Positions 28,493 through 38,792 of a stretch of 64,000 nucleotides of DNA are shown here, one piece after another. Source of the DNA: an uncultured Gammaproteobacteria bacterium (lineage in GTDB: Bacteria; Patescibacteriota; Patescibacteriia; S139-126). The notes beneath the pieces are model-generated. The model searched no databases. It had not been told where the DNA came from and worked only from the letters and a program-made list of their open reading frames with translations. How positions within the stretch are numbered: the stretch's first letter is position 1; every line of letters begins with the position of its first letter. The translations under genes were made by a program, and so were the position numbers. The stretch is from positions 158,524 through 222,523 of the forward strand of contig CAZUKA010000001.1 in assembly GCA_964620905.1 (NCBI GenBank), written 5' to 3'.

Positions 28493-30300
28493 TTGCACAG
28501 GTTTTACCACTTATAAAACTACCTCGTCATTTGACAATATTTGATTATCAAGTACCACCGGATTTAGTAGTAAAAAAATATTCATTAGTAATTGTACCTT
28601 GGCGAAATAAAAAAGTATTCGCTTTAGTTTGGCGGTTGAAAAATAAATCGGTTTTTGCCGAAAATATTAAATTAAAAAAAATTGAACAAGTGCTTTTAGC
28701 TGGTCAGCCGGTTGCTATTGAATCACAGGCAACTTTAATTTCACGATTTTCAGAAAAATTTTTTCTCCCCCAAAATTTTTGGTGGAAGTCAATTTTACCA
28801 AATTTGAAAAAAAATGATAAATTTCTTTTGACTTTAGCTAAATCTGTACAAAATAAATTAGTACCTATCTCCAAAAAAATTAAAATATCTTTACCTCGAG
28901 CCACACCTGAGATGTTAAATGAATTGCTGTTGGATATCGAACAAATAGAAAAACAACTTCTTATTTTAGTGCCAGAAATAGATGATATAGAAAAAATTTA
29001 TAAACTAATACCTAGACAATTATTAGACCAAACTGTACTTTATTACAAAAAGTTATCTCGTCGACAGTTAAATGAAAATTATTTTAAGGTTTTATCCAAT
29101 CAGGCAAAAATAATTATTGGTACAAAGACAGCAGTACTTTTACCTTTCGCCCATTTAAAAAATATTTTTATTTTTAAATCAGAGGCCTATGGTTTTTTTT
29201 CTGGTGATCAAAATCCTCGATATAGTCTAGATAAAATTTTATCTGATTTATTGCAAATTTATCCAGCCAGTTTAAAAATTTTTTCTTTAGCACCGAATCT
29301 TGAAACTTTTGCTTGGGTTAAAAAAAATCAAGGATTGATCAATTTAAAACAAAGGCCCCTGGACTTTAAATTGATTAATATGTCCTTGGAAAATAAAGAA
29401 AATAAAAATAGTCAGATATCGTGGGTTTTAGAACAGGAAATAATTTCTGCTTTGCATTCAGGTAAAAAATGTCTTCTTCTTCTAGATAAAAAGGACGATA
29501 AAAAAAACATTATTTGCCGAGATTGCGGTTGGGTGCCAACTTGTGTTAGTTGTGGACGTATTCTACCTGTTAATAATAATAATTTGTTAATCTGTCCAAC
29601 CTGTGGTTTAAAATCAATTTTACCTAACTTTTGTCCACAGTGTCAGGGTGTTAATATTCAAAATTTTGGGATAAATATTGGTTTATTGAAAAATAATTTA
29701 AATAAAATATTCCCCCAAATAGAGATTTCTATTAATGAAAAAAATAAACCTCTAATTGATCCCCAGGCAAAAATTATAATTGCCACAAAATATATTTTAT
29801 CAAAAATAGATGAAAACTTTGGTCTGATTGCATTTGTTTGTGCTGATCAAGTTTTATTTAATTACCACTATCGTAGTCACGAATTAGCCTGGCAATATTT
29901 CAATAATACTTTTCGCGCAATAATTAATGCTACAAGAATAGTCCAGACTTTTAAAATTGACGATCTATTTTGGCAGAACCTAAGCCAAGAAACTTATCAA
30001 ACTTTTTGGCAAAAAGAAATGAATTGGCGACGTTTAGCTAATTACCCACCATATTTGAGAATTGTTAAACTTATTTATAAACACAAGGAAAAAAAACAAA
30101 TTCAAATATTTCAACAAAAAATCGAAAAAAATTGTACAGACCTAAAAACTTTAAAACTAATTGCTGTTAAAATAAATAAATCAACAGGTAATTTTGTCAT
30201 CCAGTCAGCTATACTTTATAAAAATAACCAGGTTATTTTTGATCTATTGTCAAAATTGCCAGAATCAACTATGATTGAATTTAATCCTTACGAAATCTAA
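28489..30300 (+). CDS. priA: Primosomal protein N' (PriA), helicase motifs degenerate
   Basis: N-terminal FDY.VP...VPW; LVPEI, IIIGTKTA..LPF, four CxxC pairs, QTF, R....YPPY; upstream of def-fmt. No Walker A or DExH visible. Confidence 0.85.
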   Translation: MIAQVLPLIKLPRHLTIFDYQVPPDLVVKKYSLVIVPWRNKKVFALVWRLKNKSVFAENIKLKKIEQVLLAGQPVAIESQATLISRFSEKFFLPQNFWWKSILPNLKKNDKFLLTLAKSVQNKLVPISKKIKISLPRATPEMLNELLLDIEQIEKQLLILVPEIDDIEKIYKLIPRQLLDQTVLYYKKLSRRQLNENYFKVLSNQAKIIIGTKTAVLLPFAHLKNIFIFKSEAYGFFSGDQNPRYSLDKILSDLLQIYPASLKIFSLAPNLETFAWVKKNQGLINLKQRPLDFKLINMSLENKENKNSQISWVLEQEIISALHSGKKCLLLLDKKDDKKNIICRDCGWVPTCVSCGRILPVNNNNLLICPTCGLKSILPNFCPQCQGVNIQNFGINIGLLKNNLNKIFPQIEISINEKNKPLIDPQAKIIIATKYILSKIDENFGLIAFVCADQVLFNYHYRSHELAWQYFNNTFRAIINATRIVQTFKIDDLFWQNLSQETYQTFWQKEMNWRRLANYPPYLRIVKLIYKHKEKKQIQIFQQKIEKNCTDLKTLKLIAVKINKSTGNFVIQSAILYKNNQVIFDLLSKLPESTMIEFNPYEI

Positions 30301-30301
30301 T

Positions 30302-30814
30302 ATGAACGAAATTTTAGGTAAAATAAGACAAATAATTTATCATCCTCATAAAATTTTACGTAATAAAAGCACAGCGGTAAAAACTATCAAATCTGCTGAG
30401 ATACAAACATTAATAGATGATATGATAATGACAATGACAGCAGCCAATGGAATCGGTTTAGCTGCCCCACAGGTTGGACAAAATATGAATTTATTTGTTA
30501 TGAATGATGGTAGTGGTGAAAAAGTTTTTATCAATCCTATTATTATTTACCGCTCACGTACAAAAAATTTGATGGAAGAGGGTTGTTTATCTATCCCTGA
30601 GGTTTTTGGTCTGGTTGAAAGACCGGCAGCAGTATGGGTAATTTATCGTGATCGTCAGGGTAAATTGCAATTTTCACATTCTGATGGTCTTACTGCCCGG
30701 ATTATCCAACATGAATTCGATCATTTACGTGGAATTTTATTTATTGATAAATGTCAAAAAATTACTCAAGGTAAAGATATATTGGAACAATACGAAATTA
30801 ATGCCAAGCCCTAA
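30302..30814 (+). CDS. def: Peptide deformylase
   Basis: GIGLAAPQVG, EGCLSIP, QHEFDHL.G. Confidence 0.97.
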   Translation: MNEILGKIRQIIYHPHKILRNKSTAVKTIKSAEIQTLIDDMIMTMTAANGIGLAAPQVGQNMNLFVMNDGSGEKVFINPIIIYRSRTKNLMEEGCLSIPEVFGLVERPAAVWVIYRDRQGKLQFSHSDGLTARIIQHEFDHLRGILFIDKCQKITQGKDILEQYEINAKP

Positions 30815-31751
30815 AATTAAATTAATTTTTTTTGGTTCTGCTCCGGTCAGTATTTTTGCACTGTCAAATTTAGTTGAGACTGGTTTTGAAATTGTTGGTG
30901 TAGTTAGTAAACCAGCGAAAAAAAAGGGTCGTCAGCAAAAGTTAACCGATAATGAACTGACTATTGCGTCTGAAAAATTGGGATTAAACATAATTTTACC
31001 TGAAAAATTTGATCAGCGAATTACTGATCAGATAATTAAATTAAAACCTGATATTTTTGTCGTGGTGGCTTATGGTAAAATTATCCCCGCTGAATTATTA
31101 CAAATTCCCAAGTTTGGTACAATTAATCTCCACCCTTCATTATTACCAAAATTTCGTGGTGCATCCCCTATCCAAACAGCAATATTTCAAGGTGAAAAAA
31201 TTACCGGAATCTCAGTTATGCTATTAGATGAGTTGATTGATCACGGCCCAATTTTGAACCAAAAAAAACTTGAGATAGAATCTGACGATACTTATCAATC
31301 CCTGGGTGAAAAATTATTTAAAATTGGTTCTGAGATCTTGCCTACTACAATTTCCGATTATTTAACTAATCAAATCAAACCTACCGCTCAAAATCATAAT
31401 TTAGCTACATTTACTAAATTATTGTCCAAAGGCGATGGTCTGATTGATTGGGAGAAAGAGGCTAACTCTATAAGCCGTCAAATACGCGGTTTTTACCCCT
31501 GGCCGGGAACATATACTTATTTTAAGGGAAAAATGTTTAAAATAATATCAGTTAAAGAAAAAAGTGGTATTTTGCAACCAGGTCAGATAAAATTTGATAA
31601 AATTAACCGTCAAATTTTTGTTGGTTGTAAAAAAAATATTTTGGAAATAAAAAAAATCCAGCCCGCGGGTAAAGCTGTTTTGAGACCTGAACAATTTATA
31701 ACTGGTTATAATTTGGATGGTTTATTTTTTTCCACTAACCCAGAAACCTAA
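30801..31751 (+). CDS. fmt: Methionyl-tRNA formyltransferase
   Basis: FFGS, VVAYGKI, NLHPSLLPKFRGASPIQ, DHGP, PWPG. ATG at 30801 preferred over the 30648 track start. Confidence 0.96.
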   Translation: MPSPKIKLIFFGSAPVSIFALSNLVETGFEIVGVVSKPAKKKGRQQKLTDNELTIASEKLGLNIILPEKFDQRITDQIIKLKPDIFVVVAYGKIIPAELLQIPKFGTINLHPSLLPKFRGASPIQTAIFQGEKITGISVMLLDELIDHGPILNQKKLEIESDDTYQSLGEKLFKIGSEILPTTISDYLTNQIKPTAQNHNLATFTKLLSKGDGLIDWEKEANSISRQIRGFYPWPGTYTYFKGKMFKIISVKEKSGILQPGQIKFDKINRQIFVGCKKNILEIKKIQPAGKAVLRPEQFITGYNLDGLFFSTNPET

Positions 31752-33260
31752 GTAACGACCGGTCATCAGTCTAGTTTGAGCATCAGTTGCAGGAATTGAG
31801 CCAAAAATAATCATTCCCAAAGGAAACAAGACCCATTGGAGTAAAACAATTATATAATTTTTTATCTTTTTGTCTTTAACTTTGTGAGGCATAAGAATAG
31901 TCGAAAGAACCGCTGAAAATATTAAACCGACCATAGCAAAATTCATCACAAATTGCAAAATAATCGGTGCAGTTTGTGCAATCACTGATGTTTTATCTAC
32001 ATTTTTACTCACCCATAAAGGTAGATAACCCAAAATGGTGATTAAAATTGGAGCAGTAGCCCAAGAATAAACTCCTTCTAATTGGTTCCATAGATAGTGC
32101 AAACCCTTTTTAAAAGGTAAATTTTTTATTTTTAGATAAAACCAAGCTTGATAAGGAAAATTTTCAACACCCCAAGCCCAACGCCTCATTTGTTTATATT
32201 GATCTTTAAAACCTTGCCACAATGAGCCGGTATAAACAGTATTCATCGAAACAGGAATATACATTGGTTCGACCCGATAATCCCCATTATAGTGACAAAA
32301 ACCCTGTAAAAATATTCTGGAATCCTCAGTGACAATATCTTTTTGCCAAAAACCAACATCTACTAGCATTTGAAAACTCATTGAATGAGAAGAGAAAGTA
32401 AAAAGACGTTCGGGACGAGCTAAATCGGTCAATAACCAAAATGTAGTAGAATAAGCAATTATTCTGATTGGTGCGGGGGTTTCCCAAATATTATTATTGT
32501 ATATTGCCAGAGGCTGATAACTCACTCGGGTGGGATTTACTACCGACAAATATTTGTAGGTTAAATAAGCAAAATACTGTTCATGGGGTCTGGTGTCAAT
32601 ATCAAAGCTAGAAACTATTAGCTGGTCATATTGCCAACCTTTATTTTTGACATAAGCAAGAACCTGCTGACCTGCATAATTTAAATTGGATCCTTTTCCA
32701 GGTATTTCATCGGGTAAATTTTTTGGATGTAAAGTTATGATTAAATCCTTAAAAATCGATTGATATTTGTTTTTGACATTTTCAGCCACCTTAAGAAAAT
32801 TTTCTTTGTCCCTTTCTTCACCGGCTAAAATAACAATTATATTTTTTAAATTGAAATAACAACCGGTTAAAGATGAAAAGGTTTTATCAATAACAGCCCA
32901 GGGTTCTTTGTAAGTTGGCAAAAAAATTAAATGAGTATATTCGGTCCAATATGGTTTTTCTTTTTGTAAAACTGAAAACCAATCAACACTGATACATTCT
33001 TTGTATTTTTTCCATGAAATAGCTAAATAGACCGAAAGATAAAGTACTCTAGTCAACCAATAAAGATCAAAAATTATAATAAAATAAATAGCCCACAGTG
33101 GTTTTAAAAAAGAAATACTGATAGCTAAAATAAAGGTTGTCCAGACTAAAAAACCCGGAATGATTTCTAATACCCGGTATTGCTGCGCTTCGGTTAGTTT
33201 TAAAAATCGCGAACGATAGTTTTCATCAAAAGTAATGTCTTGTGGTTTGGTGGTACGCAT
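31722..33260 (-). CDS. Membrane-bound GT2 family glycosyltransferase
   Basis: PTYKE, GKGSN, DID, VTED, QMRRWAWG (QxxRW); N- and C-terminal TM helices. Confidence 0.88.
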   Translation of the reverse strand: MRTTKPQDITFDENYRSRFLKLTEAQQYRVLEIIPGFLVWTTFILAISISFLKPLWAIYFIIIFDLYWLTRVLYLSVYLAISWKKYKECISVDWFSVLQKEKPYWTEYTHLIFLPTYKEPWAVIDKTFSSLTGCYFNLKNIIVILAGEERDKENFLKVAENVKNKYQSIFKDLIITLHPKNLPDEIPGKGSNLNYAGQQVLAYVKNKGWQYDQLIVSSFDIDTRPHEQYFAYLTYKYLSVVNPTRVSYQPLAIYNNNIWETPAPIRIIAYSTTFWLLTDLARPERLFTFSSHSMSFQMLVDVGFWQKDIVTEDSRIFLQGFCHYNGDYRVEPMYIPVSMNTVYTGSLWQGFKDQYKQMRRWAWGVENFPYQAWFYLKIKNLPFKKGLHYLWNQLEGVYSWATAPILITILGYLPLWVSKNVDKTSVIAQTAPIILQFVMNFAMVGLIFSAVLSTILMPHKVKDKKIKNYIIVLLQWVLFPLGMIIFGSIPATDAQTRLMTGRYLGFWVSGKK

Positions 33261-33266
33261 AAAATA

Positions 33267-33295
33267 ATTTTATCAAAAATATAGTTATTTTTCAA
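33267..33295 (-). promoter_or_regulatory. Leaderless-type promoter of the GT2 gene
   Basis: TTGAAA-N17-TAAAAT with extended TG; 6 nt to ATG 33260. Confidence 0.6.
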
Positions 33296-33297
33296 CC

Positions 33298-33327
33298 CAA
33301 AAAAATGGCTTAGTGGCCATTTTTTTG
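33298..33327 (-). terminator. Intrinsic terminator after the sortase gene
   Basis: CAAAAAAATGGC-ttagtg-GCCATTTTTTTG inverted repeat with A/T tracts on both sides, 4 nt past the sortase stop. Confidence 0.7.
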
Positions 33328-33331
33328 TTTT

Positions 33332-34057
33332 CTAAATTTTTTCGGCAATAACCACCAATCGCTGTTGAGAGGTAAATAAAGGTGTACACGAAAATAAAGT
33401 TAAACGATCACTAGCGGTATTATGAAGAATAGTAAGATCATCAGGTTCAATAATTTTAGTATCAGAGACCTTATATTCGTATTTTTCTCCTTCCCAATAT
33501 AAAGTAATTATATCACCAGATTGAAGCTTATCTAATAAATAAAAAGTTTTGGGACTAGGAGGCCGATGTAAATAGCGATGAGCTGTAATTATGGTATTAC
33601 CACCAGTTGATGGAGTTGAGCCAATTGGCATACGCCAAATACCACGCCAAAGCACATCTTCATTATTTCCTTCCAAAATCTCACTATCTACTCCCATTTT
33701 AGGGATAATTATTTTATTGACTGTCTCATTTACGATTAAATCGTTTTTTGCAGATTGATTATAGCTAACACCCAAAACCTTAGTAGTATTTTCTTTTAAT
33801 TGGTCTTCGTCAGGTAGTTGTTGATTTATTGTATTATTAATCGGTAAATGTAAATCTGTTAGTAAGTAATCTTCGGGTGGTAAATTAGCAGGTAATTCAG
33901 TCAGACCATTTAGATTGGTTTTTTTATCATCTGACCAGACTGTATGAATTGGTGAGAAGATTAAGTAAATACCAATCAAAATAAAAATTAAAACAAAAAA
34001 TGACAACAAACGACCAATAAAAAATTTTTTTGATTTTGGATTTAAAAAATCAATCAT
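33332..34057 (-). CDS. Sortase (class D/E-like)
   Basis: N-terminal TM; IPKMGV, GNTIITAHR (His), LTLFSCTP (Cys), QRLVV (Arg). Confidence 0.92.
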   Translation of the reverse strand: MIDFLNPKSKKFFIGRLLSFFVLIFILIGIYLIFSPIHTVWSDDKKTNLNGLTELPANLPPEDYLLTDLHLPINNTINQQLPDEDQLKENTTKVLGVSYNQSAKNDLIVNETVNKIIIPKMGVDSEILEGNNEDVLWRGIWRMPIGSTPSTGGNTIITAHRYLHRPPSPKTFYLLDKLQSGDIITLYWEGEKYEYKVSDTKIIEPDDLTILHNTASDRLTLFSCTPLFTSQQRLVVIAEKI

Positions 34058-34061
34058 GTTT

Positions 34062-36881
34062 TTAGACTAATGAATATTCTTTTCTCAATAGATAAACTAA
34101 ATATGCCGCTGCTAAACTCAAGAATCCAAAAATCATCAATAACTTAGTGGTTAGACTGCCATTGGTGTCTGGTAAACTTAAACCCAGAGCGGTAACTTCT
34201 CTAATTTCCAAAGGAGTCTTGGCTGAAACTTCTGGAGTGTTATCAGCACTGGCTACCGCAATATTTTCATAAATACCTGTTTTGGTACCGGGTTTAACAG
34301 TAACATTATAAGTTATAATTTTTGATTCACCAGGTTGTAAATTTCCTAAACTCCAGGAGTTAACACTGGCATTATTTTCATTAAAGTAGAATTCTTTTGG
34401 TAATCTATCAAGTAAATTTACATTTTCGGCTGTTAAATTTCCAGTATTGGTATTGGTCACAGTAACCGTATAGGTAACCTCACCACCTGGATTGGAAAAC
34501 GCCATATTCACAGTTTTTGTGATAGAGAGAATTGGTTCATATTCTTGAGAAAAAACAGTTGGCACTCTGACTTCAACCGTAGCTGAGTCAGTGACAGTAT
34601 TGCCATTGGTTATTTCTGCTTTGGCGGTATTAGTATAGTTGCCAACACTTATATTATCAGCATATAAAACTTGATAAGTCATAGTCTTGGTTTCATTGAT
34701 GGCAATATTACCAAGATTCCAAATACCATTTGTAGTAGTAGCGTAATAGCTCAAACCGGCCGGTAAAATATCAGTAACTTTCAAATTTAAACCAGTTGAA
34801 TTACCAATATTTTTTATTGTTATGGTGTAATCCACAATACCACCAGGGTTGGTAAATGATTGTAAGGTTGATTTATTGATTTCGATTAATGGATTAGTTG
34901 GTCCTCCTCCACCACCACAATTACTTATACAAACCAATCGACATTGGGCGCTACAACTGTAATTTACTGGAACTCCATCAGTACCATCACACTCTTCTCC
35001 AGTTTCTTTGATGTTATTACCACAAAATGGTTCTTCATTACCTTCTATTTGGTGGTTGGCAAAATTCCAATTACCATAATCCCCAGAAGTAGTGATATTC
35101 AAATCATAAGTGCCACTCGCTGGATAGGTTTGAATCCAGTTATTTTGTTGATTTTCTGACAATTCATATTCACCTAAAGATATTTGGGTAAAAGCATAAC
35201 AACCATCATCTCCGGTTACCGCGGTTAGGGGTTGATCACTATTTTTAGATTGTAATTTTATTGTCCAGCCGACTAAGGTAGGTTCTTCGGAATCTATTGT
35301 ACCATTGTTATTTAGGTCATTGTATTTACAACCAGAAATTGTTGAAAAAGTATTTATCGGAATTTGATAGTTAGCAAAATCTTTATTGATATAGGGAATG
35401 GTTGATTGGATATCTATTTGATAACCTTGATTATTATTAGGGTATGTTTGTTCCCAACCCGGCACGCTATCTTCCGTAACTAGGTATTGTTTATTAAAAG
35501 TTAGATCAGTAAATTCATAACAACCATCGCTATTGGTGGTAGTGGTCTGAATTGGGTTTTCCGTACTTACGACCGGGTCAAACAATAAAATTGGCCAACT
35601 AGATAATTTTGGTTCATCAGTGTCAATTGAGCCATTATTATTTAAATCTTTGTATTTGCAACCGTTAATTTGACCAAACTCCAATTCGCAACTTTCATTA
35701 CAACCGTCATTATTCTGATTGTTGCCATCGTCGCATTGTTCGTTTTGATCTAAATTACCATCGCCACAATAAGGCAATGTCACTAAAGTGCATTGCTCGG
35801 TACAATATTGGTGATTACCTACTCCATCTGTTCCGTCACATTCTTCTTCACCATTTTTTATACCATCGCCACAATATTCCAAATTAATCAAAGTACATTG
35901 TTCGGTGCAAGCTTGATTATCACCTACTCCATCTGTTCCGTCACACTCTTCATAACCATCATTCTGTAGGCCACCCAAACCTACATCATTTGGTGTTTGT
36001 TTAATATTGTCTCCACAATAAGTCAAATCAATCAACAAACACTGATCCGAACAAGTTTGATATTGTCCTACACCAGCTTCACCATCACATTCCTCATTGC
36101 CATTGACGATACCATCGCCACAATAAGGTTGCGGTTGACAACTAATGGGTGTAGTTTCTATAACGAAACTCCCCCAACTTGTCTGATCCGACCAATATTT
36201 AACTTTATTATTGATGATATAATCACAGGCAACATCTGCCTTAACATTGAAATTTAAATTAACAATTTTTTCAACACCCGGAGCAATAGTGCCAAAATTC
36301 CATTCAATGTAGGTTGAATTTATTTCATTGGGTGCGATATTGGCACTAACGTAGTTAGTTTGAACATCAAAATAATCTCTCAATTTAACACCACCACCAG
36401 TACAATTAGCTGTTCCAGTATTTTTCAATTTTACCTGATAAGTTAAATTACCCCCTGGTTCAGTAGTAACTTCAAAATCAGTTTTAGTTAAGGTAAGTTC
36501 ACAAAAAAGAGGCGTATTATTTTTACAAAAAGTCAAATGACTAATATCTTGACTGCTACTAATACTACCACTAAATCCGCCAGAAAAAACAGTTGAACTT
36601 GTTCCTACTTTTCTGATGACCCCATCAATTTTTTGTATTGATGTCCAATTAGCCAATTTACTTGTACCAGTTACATTGGTACCATTACTACTACTATCTG
36701 GCTGATAACTAGTTCCATTCCATTGCCATTTAGCCACACCATAATCAAAACCTTTTGCTTGACATTCAGTATCAATACTTCCCACACCAGTTGCTTTGGA
36801 ATAATGAAGATTTCCCAAAGCAAAAAACAAACTTAAAATAAAAGTAAATAAAACAAACTTAATAATTTTTCTTTTTTGCAT
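34062..36881 (-). CDS. Sortase-anchored surface protein: DUF11-like Ig domains, Cys-rich CGDG repeats, SdrD-B-like domains
   Basis: Signal peptide; three K...PGG..TY...V.N domains; repeated YCGDG...EECDG; two GCKY.DLNNNG.ID..EP domains; C-terminal LPDTNG, TM and basic tail; immediately upstream of sortase. Confidence 0.85.
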   Translation of the reverse strand: MQKRKIIKFVLFTFILSLFFALGNLHYSKATGVGSIDTECQAKGFDYGVAKWQWNGTSYQPDSSSNGTNVTGTSKLANWTSIQKIDGVIRKVGTSSTVFSGGFSGSISSSQDISHLTFCKNNTPLFCELTLTKTDFEVTTEPGGNLTYQVKLKNTGTANCTGGGVKLRDYFDVQTNYVSANIAPNEINSTYIEWNFGTIAPGVEKIVNLNFNVKADVACDYIINNKVKYWSDQTSWGSFVIETTPISCQPQPYCGDGIVNGNEECDGEAGVGQYQTCSDQCLLIDLTYCGDNIKQTPNDVGLGGLQNDGYEECDGTDGVGDNQACTEQCTLINLEYCGDGIKNGEEECDGTDGVGNHQYCTEQCTLVTLPYCGDGNLDQNEQCDDGNNQNNDGCNESCELEFGQINGCKYKDLNNNGSIDTDEPKLSSWPILLFDPVVSTENPIQTTTTNSDGCYEFTDLTFNKQYLVTEDSVPGWEQTYPNNNQGYQIDIQSTIPYINKDFANYQIPINTFSTISGCKYNDLNNNGTIDSEEPTLVGWTIKLQSKNSDQPLTAVTGDDGCYAFTQISLGEYELSENQQNNWIQTYPASGTYDLNITTSGDYGNWNFANHQIEGNEEPFCGNNIKETGEECDGTDGVPVNYSCSAQCRLVCISNCGGGGGPTNPLIEINKSTLQSFTNPGGIVDYTITIKNIGNSTGLNLKVTDILPAGLSYYATTTNGIWNLGNIAINETKTMTYQVLYADNISVGNYTNTAKAEITNGNTVTDSATVEVRVPTVFSQEYEPILSITKTVNMAFSNPGGEVTYTVTVTNTNTGNLTAENVNLLDRLPKEFYFNENNASVNSWSLGNLQPGESKIITYNVTVKPGTKTGIYENIAVASADNTPEVSAKTPLEIREVTALGLSLPDTNGSLTTKLLMIFGFLSLAAAYLVYLLRKEYSLV
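35817..35945. repeat. Intragenic direct repeat in the Cys-rich region
   Basis: ACCTACTCCATCTGTTCCGTCACA (24 nt) at 35817-35840 and 35922-35945, 105 nt apart (CDGTDGVG unit). Confidence 0.8.
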
Positions 36882-36984
36882 AAATTTGGATTAATTTAAT
36901 ATTATTATTTAATCAATCACATTATCACAAAGTGATTATTTTGTCAAGCTGATTTAAATTATTAATTTTTTTGCTAGAATTAAA

Positions 36985-37020
36985 TAAAAAAACAACAAGA
37001 AAAAGGTTGTTGTTTTTTTA
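36985..37020 (-). terminator. Terminator hairpin directly after tRNA-Gln
   Basis: Perfect 14-bp inverted repeat TAAAAAAACAACAA / TTGTTGTTTTTTTA with an 8-nt loop. Confidence 0.6.
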
Positions 37021-37094
37021 TGGCTGCGGGACTTGGATTCGAACCAAGATTACCAGGGCCAGAACCTGGCGTCCTACCATTAGACGATCCCGCA
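37021..37094 (-). tRNA. tRNA-Gln (anticodon CTG)
   Basis: TGCGGGA acceptor stem pairs with TCCCGCA; anticodon arm CCAGG-TTCTGGC-CCTGG; T arm CTTGG-TTCGAAT-CCAAG; encoded CCA; 74 nt; U1:A72 pair. Confidence 0.96.
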
Positions 37095-37235
37095 TTAAAA
37101 ACTACGAATTTAAACCACAATTATGTGGTAAGGATTAAAATTGGATTTAAATAAGAAAAAAATAAGCTAAAATTTTTATAAACTTAGTTTTTCAAAGCAC
37201 TTATAAATCTAATAGTTTAATTTGTATTAGTCAAA

Positions 37236-38792
37236 TTAATCATCTAAAGAACTATCAACCAAAGAGCCACCTAAAATATCAATAAATTTATTTAGTTGTT
37301 GGCTGGAGTTTGTACTTTCTAAAGATGAATTTTTTGTTAGTTGAACTTTTATTTCTTTTAAATCAGAAAAAAAATTTTGAGAACAACTAATTAATTTTTC
37401 CAAGTTTTTCTTTTTTTCTATTAAATTTTTATGTAAATTATGTTCAACTTGAATAAATAAATTTTTGTCGGCAGTAAAATATATTTCAGCAGTTGTAATT
37501 ATTTTGGAAAGACTATAAAAATCTGGTAACAAAGAATCAACCAAATTATTTTTTAACTCTTTATTGATCAGATCTACTGGATTTAAGTTGATTTCGTTTG
37601 CTGAGGAGTTAATACTTTTTCGATCAGTTGTTGTTTTTGAATTATTTTTTGTATTTTCTAGTTCAAGCTCAACAGAGGGATTAACAATATCAAACTTTTG
37701 TATATTACTAGAAGTAATTTCTACTATAGCAAGTTCCAAAGGTAACTGACGAATAAATATGTTTTTAAACTTCGCCTGTTTATCTAACAATATTTCTAAA
37801 TGATTTTTTAGATCTACCAAACTACTCTGTCTAATTTGTTTGGTTAATTCATTGTATTGCTGATCAGTAAATAAATTTTTTAAATTGTCTATTTTTTCGC
37901 TAATTTTATAAAGTAAGGCAAAACGATAAAGTTCTATCAATTTGGTCAAGAAAAAATCGATATCCTCACCATTTTCTAGTATTTCATTAGTTAGGTTTAT
38001 TGCCTCATGAGTCTGACTAGTAAGTAGCAGCCGCCACAATTTAACTAATTGGTTGAGATTGGTGTTGGGTAGAACAAGATCAGCAGTGGTTTGATCAATT
38101 TTTTTATAATCCAAGCTGAGAAGTTGACCTAAAAATCCTTGAGCGTCACGCAGAGAACCAGAGGATAAAAATGCTATTTTTGCTAATACTTCATTATCAA
38201 CTTGATCAACGCCTTCTTGTTGACAAATAAAACGTAGATTATCGACCATCAACTGGTGAGATATTTTTTTAAAATCAAATCGCTGACACCTTGAAACAAT
38301 AGTTTCTGGTATTTTATGGGCAGCGGTGGTACAAAGGATAAAAATTGCATAATCAGGTGGTTCTTCAATTGTCTTAAGTAGTGCATTAAATGAAACATCA
38401 GTTAGCATGTGAACCTCGTCAATTATAAAAACCTTAAAACGAGCAATATTTGGCTGGTACTTAATTAATTCTTTAAAGTCTTTAATCTCTTCGATCTTTC
38501 TTTTGGATGCTGCATCCAATTCTATTAAATCCAAAAAATTATTTTTATTTATGGCTTGGCAAATTTCGCACCGATCACATGGTTCCCCTTGTTCATTTTG
38601 TTTACAATTGACGGCCTTGGCAAATATTCTAGCCGCGGTTGTTTTACCCACACCCCTAGGACCTGTAAATAAATAAGCATGAGAAATTTTTCCACTGGCG
38701 ACTGCCCGCGTCAAAGTAATTTTAACATGATTTTGATCAACCAAATCAGAAAATTTTTTAGGACGGTATTTACGATATAAGGTTTGTGACAT
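37236..38792 (-). CDS. dnaX: DNA polymerase III subunit gamma/tau
   Basis: LYRKYRP..F, GPRGVGKTT, C...PC..C..C, IIDEVHML, NALLKTIEEPP, TIVSRCQ, GSLRDA. Confidence 0.96.
   Translation of the reverse strand: MSQTLYRKYRPKKFSDLVDQNHVKITLTRAVASGKISHAYLFTGPRGVGKTTAARIFAKAVNCKQNEQGEPCDRCEICQAINKNNFLDLIELDAASKRKIEEIKDFKELIKYQPNIARFKVFIIDEVHMLTDVSFNALLKTIEEPPDYAIFILCTTAAHKIPETIVSRCQRFDFKKISHQLMVDNLRFICQQEGVDQVDNEVLAKIAFLSSGSLRDAQGFLGQLLSLDYKKIDQTTADLVLPNTNLNQLVKLWRLLLTSQTHEAINLTNEILENGEDIDFFLTKLIELYRFALLYKISEKIDNLKNLFTDQQYNELTKQIRQSSLVDLKNHLEILLDKQAKFKNIFIRQLPLELAIVEITSSNIQKFDIVNPSVELELENTKNNSKTTTDRKSINSSANEINLNPVDLINKELKNNLVDSLLPDFYSLSKIITTAEIYFTADKNLFIQVEHNLHKNLIEKKKNLEKLISCSQNFFSDLKEIKVQLTKNSSLESTNSSQQLNKFIDILGGSLVDSSLDD

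Noticed and set aside
34062-37094. tRNA-Gln as an integration site for an island carrying the adhesin and sortase
   Set aside because: No integrase and no duplicated tRNA 3' end found by eye.
37410-37416. A-AAA-AAG slippery heptamer in dnaX (possible gamma/tau frameshift)
   Set aside because: It lies near codon 460 inside the C-terminal domain, no stimulatory hairpin or upstream SD is visible, and such runs are common in this AT-rich DNA.
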